This document shows positions 25,030 to 35,789 of a DNA stretch of 64,000 bases, in pieces (positions within the stretch are counted from its first letter, which is position 1; every line of letters begins with the position of its first letter). The notes beneath the pieces are model-generated. The model was not told the origin of the DNA, searched no databases, and saw nothing but the letters and a program-made list of their open reading frames with translations. The position numbers and the translations under genes were made by a program. This DNA comes from Salisapilia sapeloensis CBS 127946 (lineage: Eukaryota > Protista > Oomycota): NCBI GenBank assembly GCA_023334545.1, contig JAADVB010000041.1, positions 36,500 through 100,499 of the forward strand. Direction: 5' to 3'.

Positions 25030-28000
25030 TTATTCATTTTGCAAGAATCGAGGTTCAAATCCGAATGTCTTACTATCTTGCTGGTCCTGGAAAGGTATCA
25101 TACGAGCAAGTCGGTGCGTGAGTTGACTTGCTAGCGATCGAGTTGCCATCGCTTTCTCCACAAAAGCATCTAATGCCGTTCGTTCGTTTGCGTCCTTTAA
25201 TTCATCTTTTACGTTCAGCTTACTGAGCCACGACAATCGCTTTGTAAGCTCACCACTCTTCGCTTCTGGTTGGTCGCTCGACTTTAAATGAAGTAGCTCG
25301 TTTAGCTGGATCATCTGGTCGTTCAGACTTGACAGCTCAAATGTTGATTTTTCGTTGAAGAGATGGACGAGTGTCAACCCAGCGACGTAGACACCGTCCC
25401 CGTAGTAGAGAGAGATCTTGCTGTCATTTGTAATTACAAATTCGAGCACTGCCCAGAGTTGTCCGAAGAGTATGGTATGGGAAGAGTTAAAGCTGGAGAG
25501 AGACGAGTTCTCAAGTACTGATTGAATCGTTGAGAGTGCCTCTGGTACCAAGTCGGAAGCGCATGTAGGAAGAAATGAGTCGTACAGGAGTATCTGACTT
25601 TCCTATTAACAACTTTATCAGACAAGTAAGATACATAAGAATAGTTTGAATCTACCATCAAATCGTGAAGGAGGAAGAGAAATGTGAGAGTGTTTCCAAG
25701 CTCACGCAATGTTTGAAGTACATGCGTACGAAGCTCGGTGGACTTAAACACATCCTGATAGGTCTCTTGCATCTTTAAAAAGTCTACCCATAGATAGTGA
25801 ATAAAGTTCCTGGCATATTAAATTATGTAGATTACCTTGGTACTGGCTCTTGATAGTAGGCACTTGAAACGCCTTAATGGAGAAAGCAATGGACGGTAAG
25901 CTTTGTGCTAGATCTTGCTGGATCTAGTAGTACGTGTAAATACATCATATCCATTTATTAGCTGATAAGAATTGATCTTACTTTTGTCGTAATGTAGCAT
26001 GTACAGTCTTTTACGAGAGCTTCTATGTCCGACGGTGAAAGCAGCTCTAAGATACTTGCTATATGATCCAGCCTATTTGGGTATCAGTATTGAATACAAA
26101 AGTTATCGAATAGGTCTTCATTAAACACAGATACATGCCTGAAATCCCCACGACCACTCTTGTTAATATACTCGCCAACTTTCCGCCATTGGTTACGTAA
26201 GCATCCTTCGTTTATGCCTTCAATTCCTCTGTTCATTGCCATCCTTTTCCTCATTGTACTCATGCGACGGTGATTAATCGGAAACTTGCCGATTTGACCA
26301 GGAAGAGTGCGTAATAAATATCGCTTGTGCTTCCACTCGATAGCAAAGTTTGGAAACAAGTCCGTGAGGAGGCTTTGCACTACAATTGTTTTAATGTACG
26401 TTGTTTTATCATACCAAACGCTATCGTTTGGCGAAGTATCCTGAGATAGCTTATGATCGGCTAAAAACCGGTTGTACATTGTGTAAAACGAATCAAAATT
26501 TAGCATCGGTAGCCCTCTTTCGATCGCAGAAAGCGTTTGAGATATGACTTTACGCTGCTTTATAGCAGCAACAAAGTATGTTGAATCACTCGAAGCAGTC
26601 TTCTTTAGCCAAGCGGTCATATCCGTATGCAGTTTGTGCATAAAGTATTCGGCTACCTTGTCTGGGATGTACGACTTATCATGAAATGGACCAAATGTCA
26701 GCTTTGTAATCATCTTCTTTAGCCTTTCAAGCGATGGAGGTTGTACAGACATTGTATGTCCCTGTATATTCTTTTCTCGGTTGGATTGTTCAGATGCATT
26801 AAGAACACGGGTTAAAGATGATAAGAGGCTTCCGTTAGAGTCGAGACTCTTCTTTCCGCATTCGACTTTGTACCAGTAGTAAATGTCTTCCACAAGCTCA
26901 CTTAATGTATGACGCAGTGCGAAATCTGCTTCAGCTTGCACCTCATCCGCCAGGTATTTCACTTGAAACACTTCTAGTGATTGATGTAGCGCATCCAAAT
27001 AGATACTGAAGACCGCAATAGGATCTTGAAAGTGGTTAGTCTTTCGATGGACGGATAGCAAATTCCATGGGATGGAATGAACAAGTGAATAGCGGGAGGT
27101 TCGGGACTTTGTACTTTGATCGAGAGATTCTCGAAACCAAAGCATAGAGCAATCGCCGAGAGATTGAACACACTGATCAAACTGTAGCAAGTGGCTAAAT
27201 GAAGTTACTTCACGACCAAACGATAGCAGAGGCTCGAGATCCGCTCTATGCAATATTGAGCTTATGCAGTATACGCACTATAAGTTTATTTTACGTACGT
27301 TGTTAGTTGCTCGGTAGAGAAAGATTTAAAGAAAGAGTTTGACTTGGCAGGCGTTTGTCGTATGACTGCGTCAATGAGCATCTGAATCATTTCTAGTTGG
27401 CAAATAGAAGGGCTGGCAGACCGATCTAGGATTTCTGGAAACACACGCCTCTTTCTTGCTTTCGTAAAGTCATCTACGACAAAGTTTGGGTCCTTCCAAT
27501 CTCCACACTACTAACTCGTTAGCACGTTAATAAATAATTAAAATAAAAGAGGATACCAATAAGCGCAGTTGATGAAGTAGCTGAGCACTAGCTACTTGTT
27601 TCTTTTCGGCACGATGCAGGATTGGAAGCAACGTCTGCTGGACAAATGTTTGGAGATGGTGATAGATATACTTGCGGATGGAAGGAATCAGCACCAATCG
27701 TTTCGATTGAAAGTAGCTAGTCAAATTCTTCAGCTCACAAACTGTAATCAGCACTGTTTCCCACTCTTCATTCGTAATCATGGAGCTCAAGTCGGCTTTA
27801 CCATCTTCTGTTGTCATTTGAGCTTTTTGTTGGTATAGGTAAGAAAAGAATAACACTAGGGACATTTTCCATTCTGTCAATATTGACAAGCCTTCTTTTA
27901 TAAGCAGCATAAGCTTCAAGCAGTCGTCCATACCAAGGCTTTCCTTACCAATTTCATGAGTATGGTTGACAAACTGATAAAATCGGATTTGATATTCCCT

Positions 28001-29253
28001 CATAATCGGTCGTAAGCGAAGTGTTGTTGCGACAATATCATAAGAGCTTCCTTTCATAACCGGTGTCACAACTTGAAAAATAGACGTTGTAAATAAATCC
28101 GTTTGCTTTGAAGAATCAGAGAGTAGAAGTGACTGGAATAAATCCCATGGACGGATGTTCATATCCATAAAGACAGGTATGACAGGATACTTCATCAAAA
28201 GTTTGATACCATTGTCCACTATTTTTTTATCGGACATAGCACGTGAATTGCTTTTGTGAGCGTCATTAGGTGGTCTATGCTGATTTACACTATCATGGAT
28301 ATGCAACAGCATAGCTGAAATGTAAGGCAGCACATGGATGTATCGTAGATTGGCCTTTGGATCAATTGAGGCTGCTAAAGTATCCTGCTCCAACTGTTTT
28401 AAACAGAAATTTAGCATAGATGTCAAGATAACTTCCACATGATCAAAGGTGGAAAGCTGATCCTTCACATAACTCCATATCGTACTGTGGCTGGATGCGA
28501 AGCGTTCAATATCTCCAAAGTCAGCGCCTAACGTACTTTCGACCCCCTTACCTTTCGATTGAAACTTAACAGCTCTACGACGGAGAATATATAAGTTAGA
28601 ATGATCATGATCTTATCTCTTGAACAGTAATTACCGCTTATAAAGACGTATCTCGCTTTCGCTTTCAGATTTAACTGATTTTACGTGACTCAACTGTGTT
28701 ATGGCATTGATGGCTTTGATCATCGATTCGAGTAGAAGAGAGCTGATTGCGGAAGAGTTGTCTTTGGAGAGCTTTTGTGAGCAGATCATCGTGCTTTGCA
28801 TTGTCTTTATCAATAAACTTGCTGCCTTAATAGATAGTTGATGCAGACTTTTTATGAGTTCAATCCGGGGCTTTAGCACTACCGCATGCAAGATTTAGTT
28901 TTTCTTTTTTATTCTATCACTAGGAGGATATTTTAATGTGCATAAATACCCTCAATCACAAGCTTGTAGTACTTGTGCGTGGTAGCATCATCCAATTCAT
29001 TGTCAAGCTGCGGAATTACTTCTTGACAAGATCTAATGCTGTACATATCACAAAGCAACTTTTGTCCTTGTTCGGTAACTACATTTAGTTCTCGAATTGC
29101 TTGCATTTGATCCCCTAGGACATAGTCGATAGCTTGCTCATGATGATAACTCTCCTCAGGGGATTTAGCATCCAATGAATATTTCAGCACCCTACTATGT
29201 CCATTCGGAATCGAATCCTTATAAGCATGGAAAGTAGCTTCCATTGCTTCCAT
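25030..29253 (-). CDS. CYFIP: Divergent CYFIP/Sra1/PIR121-like protein (multi-exon)
   Basis: Collinear exons match CYFIP motifs: QGQKLLCDMYSIRSCQEVIPQ (cf. YTWRSCSRAIPQ), VLKPRIELIK, GDCSMLWFRE (cf. DLSQLWFRE), SIPWNL, and LWAVLEFV...YGDGVYVAG (cf. LWSAMQFV...FGDGL). Exon boundaries not fully resolved. Confidence 0.8.
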
Positions 29254-29707
29254 ATTAAGCAGGTAGCGCGAGTCCTTCTGTGACTACTGCAAGTCGTTTC
29301 ACGACTTTTCACAAAAACCAAAGCCAAAAAGAGGATAGACTAGGTAGAAATGTAACCTCAATGAAATTAGTTGAGCTAAATACAGCAAGCATATCTAAGA
29401 AAGTAACGTGAATGCTTTCTTTAATACTTTGCAGATATCTCATGACTTCTAGCAAGCTCACGTCTCAGCATTAACTAGCTTAAAATTCAAGCAATTTGCT
29501 TAAGGCGGTACAGAGAGTCGGTCATAAGACGTTGCTTTAGACATTGCATCAACTTGATGCAAGGTGATAAAGTCTACGAAAGGAAACCTACCAAACAGCT
29601 TCCTATAAGTCAAATGAACTTTGCTGTACAGATTCGGACGTATTAAAGTGACACAGGTTTACTCTTAAGTATGCCCGTTACAACATAAGTGGTATGCAAG
29701 GGTTTTT

Positions 29708-29717
29708 AGCCAATCAG
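29708..29717 (+). promoter_or_regulatory. CCAAT box in the CYFIP/SDHAF4 divergent intergenic region
   Basis: AGCCAATCAG matches the NF-Y-type consensus. A second copy (AACCAATCA, minus strand) lies at 30061-30069. Confidence 0.35.
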
Positions 29718-30250
29718 CAATGAGAAAAGCCTAAAACAAAGCCACTGAATATACCAAAATGCGTACTAATCCTTAAATGTGCCCATTCGCATAATTAAAA
29801 TAAGGTGATTTATATACCTTTAGCCATATACCTTTGACTGGAAATTAAAAGTATAGTGGATAATGGCGCACCCTTGGTCTCATGGTTAAGGATATGACTA
29901 TACTACAGATATTTTTATTTTATTCAAACTTTATTGATCACCATGCTTGATACAAAGTCGAGAAAAATTGGATTTGGTAATTTTAGCGCGTCGTCTAATT
30001 TAGCGCAGATATGGGTCCATGCTTTCGTAATTATCGTCGAATTTAGAGGAATTAGCAATTTGATTGGTTAAAAACTGTTCCCTTTAAATTGGTGTCATAG
30101 TATTTTGTCTGCAATATCAATACGTCCGAATCTGTACTAGGCTCTATCTATAGCTAGACTTGAAATACAAAAAATATATTCGTTTTTAGGTCTATCCAGC
30201 TACGTACGAATCACACACTTTTCGTACAAAAAAAAGAATTTCACGGCTAA

Positions 30251-30577
30251 ATGTGGAGAAGACTGGCAGCTACAGTGGCGATGCCAAGACGTGCATCGCC
30301 CATCGCATACCGTCACAACGCTCGCATAACACCATGGATAATGCATGCAAAGTTCTCGAGTGGTGTCAACCCTAGTGGCAACGACGATCAGGCACCACCG
30401 CTTAGCAGCTTGGAAGGCGATTTGGACGATGATGATGACGAAGACGATGATATGGTCGACATGGTGGACATCGGACCGATGGGCAGGGAATATGGCGGCC
30501 CGACGCGCGGTGGCAAGTTTAAAGAACCTACCCGTTTCGGTGACTGGGAACGTCAGGGTCGTTGCACTGACTTTTAA
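30251..30577 (+). CDS. SDHAF4: Succinate dehydrogenase assembly factor 4 (DUF1674/Sdh8)
   Basis: Arg-rich mitochondrial-type presequence and the C-terminal signature EYGGPTRGG...EPTRFGDWERQGRCTDF*. Confidence 0.93.
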   Translation: MWRRLAATVAMPRRASPIAYRHNARITPWIMHAKFSSGVNPSGNDDQAPPLSSLEGDLDDDDDEDDDMVDMVDIGPMGREYGGPTRGGKFKEPTRFGDWERQGRCTDF

Positions 30578-30729
30578 ACACAACAGCAAGGTCATATTGC
30601 TCTATCTCTGCACATTTTCTTCTTTTTATCGTTCATCATCGCACCAAGCTCTTGTCTTCCCCACATTCTGACCTGATATCCTTTCAAGATCTCTGTACCA
30701 CTGTCGTGCCGAAATCTGGTATTCACCCT

Positions 30730-30736
30730 TCATTTC
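30730..30736 (+). promoter_or_regulatory. Possible oomycete initiator (Inr)-like element
   Basis: TCATTTC about 33 nt upstream of the proposed REEP ATG at 30769. Short motif, could occur by chance. Confidence 0.3.
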
Positions 30737-30768
30737 TAAATCAAGTCGATCCTCCCTCAAGTCAAGTC

Positions 30769-31368
30769 ATGGAGAATATCCAAGTGGTCGCAGACAAATG
30801 GTCTCGTGATCTTGAAAAGGTCCCGCTTTTGCAGCAGATCCAAGATGCGACAGGTATTGAAAAACTCTACCTCGTCCTCGGTGGATTCACCTTTGGTCTG
30901 CTCTTCCTCCTCATTGGATTCGGAGCTGGATTGATCTGTAACATTGTCGGCTTCCTCTACCCTGCCTACCGGTCCTTTAAAGCAGTGGAAACTACGGATA
31001 AGAAGGATGACATCCAGTGGCTTACGTACTGGGTCGTCTACGCCTGCTTCAGCGTCGTGGAAGTCTTTGGCGACGTGCTGCTCTACTGGCTCCCGTTCTA
31101 CTACGCGCTCAAGCTCGGCTTCCTTCTCTACCTCTTCATGCCGTCGACGCAAGGAGCTCTCTTCTTGTACGAACACTTCCTCCGTCCGTGGCTCATGAGT
31201 CAGGAGGCGGATATTGATGAAGCATTGAAGCATGCTGCTAGTAGCACTGGCAAGGTACTTACGGATGCTGGCTCGATCGCGAGAGACGTCGGTCGGGATG
31301 TAACGAAAGTCGTAGCGGATCGTCTTGCGCAACAGGACACTGGCGCGGCATCGAGTAAAACGCAGTAG
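30769..31368 (+). CDS. YOP1: REEP/YOP1 (TB2/DP1/HVA22) ER-shaping protein
   Basis: GFLYPAYRSFKAVET...DDIQWLTYWVVYACFSVVEVF...WLPFYYALKLGFLLYL..PSTQGA..LY..F.RP. Likely start is MENIQ at 30769. Confidence 0.93.
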   Translation: MENIQVVADKWSRDLEKVPLLQQIQDATGIEKLYLVLGGFTFGLLFLLIGFGAGLICNIVGFLYPAYRSFKAVETTDKKDDIQWLTYWVVYACFSVVEVFGDVLLYWLPFYYALKLGFLLYLFMPSTQGALFLYEHFLRPWLMSQEADIDEALKHAASSTGKVLTDAGSIARDVGRDVTKVVADRLAQQDTGAASSKTQ

Positions 31369-31415
31369 ATATAACGATGATTTCTTTCCAAGAATCGAAT
31401 GAACGGCATTTGCTT

Positions 31416-34400
31416 TTAGCTAAACGACTTGTGCTGTTGTGACTTTTGGGAACTTAGGAATACTCGAACGGATGTCGAGTCGAGGCGTAATGGAGTCGTA
31501 GGGACAAATGGAGTCTCGATTGAGTGCTCGAGTCTCGAGATAGCGTTCGTGATGCCACTTTTATCTTCTTTATCTAGTGCTCTATTAGATGCTGGAAGAA
31601 GATGGTAAAAACAAGGATACTTTTGGCTTTTTGGTGATATGTGAGGATCTGAAGAAGGATGTTGTGCGTGGTAGAGTTTAAACTGTCGCTTAGACGAGTA
31701 CTACACCAAGCTGTAGTAGAAATCCTTTGTAAATGTGGTTGTTGGAAGATACCTTTGGAGAAGGCGCAAGAGGGATTGGATCGCATGGCTCTATAGAGAA
31801 AAGGATTAAGGAATGATGCAGATATAGGCATATAATTTGCTGTACTGATAGTGGGAGGGAGCATTGGAGCAGACGAAGGGCAAGTTCCAATCGAGACAAC
31901 GTTTGGCACTCATTCACCAGTGCAATCTGCAGCTTCTCCAGCTGCATATCCACCACATCAACTTCTCTAGACTTGAAGAAAATATGAAAGTATCGGCTTG
32001 CCTGAAGATTTTCCTGTTGGGCAATGTCGATCAACGTACTCATGACGTCGACTAGTTCATCAGAGGAACAAATCTGTTTGTCTGCAAGGGAGAAAGCAAT
32101 GTCTAACCGATTTTAAGTGATGAATATAGATCATACATCAATATCGATAGTAGCTGTGCGTTACCAAAGATGACAGCACAGGTCTTGGTTGTCTTATGCT
32201 TTCGAAAGTAGAGAAGAAAGAATGTCATCATCTCCTTTGTCAGCTTGGCGTCTTGAAGAAGTGAGATAGCCCAAAGCTCATCAAGTTTCTCATCACCTAC
32301 GACAATACCATGTACTTCACGATCATGACAATGGCAGCTAAAGCAACGGTGTATATACGCAATCGGCCTTCCAATATAATTTGGCTCCATGTCTGAACGA
32401 GGTAAACGAGTATATCCATCGCTACTCCCGACCTGTTCGCTGCGCATGTATGTCGGAGTGTTATCAACAAGCCCTCAACTCGTCGTAGCCCTTGATCTTT
32501 CACTCGAGAAGGCTTCATCACTCTGTCCACATCACTCCAGACATCGATACAGACCATAGACAACTGCAAATGATCCTGACATGAGCTCAAGATATCTAGG
32601 ATGGCAAGAAGGTGTTCTAACGACAGCATGGGTCGTATCATGTACACTTGCAATATCTTGAATGCCTAACTCATTCGTACCGTTGCTTAATTCGGAAGAC
32701 ACTTCTATTGTACACGTTGTTCAATGGTAAGCATTGTGGTGAGCATATTAATGAACGCATGATAGCGTACTCATGAATTTCCCCAAGCTCCAGATAGCAG
32801 CAGCAAGTGTCTGATTGCTTATACCCGATTTACCTCTACTGCCTTCATAAATGAGCTTCACGATGAATGGGACGTATGTGCATAGCAAATCAGTTTCAAA
32901 AGAGTCGCTCTCCTCCTATACAGATCACAATCAGTTCTTATGCCATGTATGTAGTCAAATGTGATAGTACTTCTCCACAAAGCTCATATGTCTTTGTAGC
33001 ACTTGTATGCTCTTGACTGCTATCCGACCCTTTACCACTTTCAGAAGCTTCAGCAGGTACAGTATCCATCAATTCATCTTTATTGCTGCTATAGTTTTCG
33101 CTTGTTGCCAAAAGAACGCCCAGCAACAAGATGAAGTTCTTGATCATCAGAACGTTATGGGATACTTTCTCCTACATAACACGATCTTATGAGTCGACTA
33201 CATCGTACGCTAATCAAATCTTACACGGCACTTACTTGACAGAATGCAAGGGAAGACAATAAGAGTTTCTGAGGACTCCGGAGGGAAAAGCATAAGGCTA
33301 CGGTTACTCTGGTTCCATACAGCATGTCAGCATTTCCACATAGCTCTTGTATATCATAATAGCTATACCGTTGACAGCTGGACACGAGCAGTAGGTCCGG
33401 TAGATGTGGAGATAATTTATTTCGAATTGACCTTGCATATGTCGGATAGGCTTTGACGATTGAGTAAAGCAGTTGCACACAGCAGAAGAGGATAGATTCG
33501 TCTTCGGAACAGAGAAGACTCGGGAGGATCTAAATTTCCACACACTACTTTGTCAGCACGGTCGAAACTCTAGTCTATCATAGCATCATTTACCTCGTGG
33601 CATCTCTTCATAATCTTCTGACCAACTCTCTTCCATTTCAATCGAATACTCGCACATTTCCAAGGCAAAATGGAGCACATGACAAACGAAGTCAACAGAT
33701 CTTGATTCTCCTGTTGATGCAATCGATCACTTGCATACAACACTGCTGTCATCCAGAACTCCTTCCAGCCAACCTTTTCGTCCTCCATTGTATACTGAAA
33801 GACAGCTCCCAGTAGCCCACTCAACTCACATATGTCTGCCATATCCTTTACTTCCTCGGCATACTTCACTAGAGCTTCCACCTCCTGATTTTCAGCAGAT
33901 GAGGATAGAGCTGCAGCTTGCCATTGCACGAGCACATTTCCGTTTGTCTCATTTACTTTCTTGAATGCTCTTAGAAAGCTTTGGACCGGGAGCGTCGGTC
34001 CAGCAATTGTGAAGACGAATTGAAGATGTGGCTGCCAGGCTTTTGGATACGTTGGATTCTCAGTGATTTGCATCAATAGCATCGGACAGAGCAGTGTTCG
34101 AGTTTCTTGTTCAAGCACGCTTCTCTGGTATTCAGTCTTCCAACTTTTACCAGCTTCTGCTATGAGCTTGAGAGCAGCTAGTGCTACATTCTTCGACTTT
34201 TGCTCAAGGATGGCATGCATGGTGACATTCAGTATAGTTTTTATGTGCCGATCTTTGATCTTGTCTACATGCTCTTTCAAGATGTTTATCGCTAGTGCTC
34301 TTGTGTTCGCATCGCTTTCATTAGTCGAAGAGCACAGCAGAGTTTCCACTACATCTGTATCCAGCTTCTCTGTTTTTAAAAGAGGAAGAGCTTGTCGCAA

Positions 34401-35342
34401 CATCTCCAATTGTAGCTTTCTAGGCATGGTTGACTCTGTTTGACCGAATAGATCCGTATTTTCGAGTAAGATGAGACTGCAAGACGGTCTCCTGTCAATG
34501 CACTTTAAGAAAAATGCATGAAAAGTTCCATGATTAGAAAGACATCGTTCAAATAGATAGGACGTGAATGTCATCGCCCCTGTATGTGTCATGTGTGGTA
34601 GGATTTGCTCCATAAAAGACGATACGGGTCCATTTTTTTTCGTATCCGTCGCTACTTCTTGCTGGATAAGAGGATATAGTTGGCAGAGGTCCACGTGAAA
34701 CTTCTGCACCAATTTTAATAGCCCCTCCTTTTCCCCTGCTCCCACTGTAACCACAAGACGTGCGATGTACCCTTCCAAGAGCTGTGGCATATCCATCGCA
34801 TCCTTTTCCATCGGAAGTTGGTCCATCTTCAAAAGTGCTAATATAGCTTTCCTCGTAATTTCAGCTATCTTTTGTATCGAATCACCAGTTGACGATACGT
34901 CTTGAGACTGGAGATCAGTCAAACGCGCTGTGATTATGATGATAACAATCCAGACGATAGCGATGAAAGAGTACGAACATCCTTCTTGACGAGGAGCTCC
35001 TTCGAGCCATCTTTTCTCATCACTATGCTTCGATACTACTTGTATCAAATGCTCGAGCATCTTGACGCACATTGGGATGCTCGCATCTGCAGAGATGAAT
35101 CGAAAACTAGTCTACATCTAATGGTAACCCAAGGGTAAGAACGATACAAATAAGCACGTTGAACCTACCTCCAAGTCGCGCGGGAAAGCTTCAGATGGTG
35201 TTTTCTTCCTCTTTCTATCCACACATGCCTTTTGGAGCACTTGCAGAATGTTTCGCGAATGCGTTCCAGCATGCAACATCAAGTTTGCTAGGAAAGCTGG
35301 TGTCAACGTCTTGAGTATGCCGTCCATACTGGAGCTACACAT
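31416..35342 (-). CDS. Large multi-exon alpha-helical (ARM/HEAT-like) hypothetical protein
   Basis: A 500-aa Leu-rich helical exon (33570-35072) plus collinear shorter minus-strand ORFs separated by GT-AG introns. No family recognised; the 3' end is uncertain (31416 or 31574). Confidence 0.6.
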
Positions 35343-35789
35343 GTAGACAGGAGATGAAAGGATTTTCAGTAGTATTCAATCTGCTCTAGTATTACTAGCT
35401 ATCTCCTCCACAACACTCGCGTCGCGTACGAAACGTTAAAGTAGAAGATTGAATGCGAATATCCAACGTTTCCGACAACGTTCCAATCCAACTCTTTGTA
35501 TCTGACTTTTAAAATCCAATCAAATCTTCAAAAATGTTATATAGACGCTGCTATCCTCCTGTAGCCATAGGAATCTTCTTCACAAGCGGTATCCTTCTAG
35601 CTAGCCCATCTCCTGTCGTTCATTTATTGCAAGTCGCCTCAGGAGGACGAGGCGACTACAAGAGCAACTGTATGTCTTGTATAAGAAAGAGTATCCAATC
35701 ATCCAGTGCCAAATCCACTTTTCCATCCATTTGCTCCCCGTCACTTCCTTCATTCTTTGTTGGTGCTGCAATACTCAACGCGAGGCGCC

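Noticed and set aside
30652-30768. Upstream ATG extension of REEP/YOP1
   Set aside because: Non-homologous sequence containing an Inr-like TCATTTC; MENIQ at 30769 is the likelier start.
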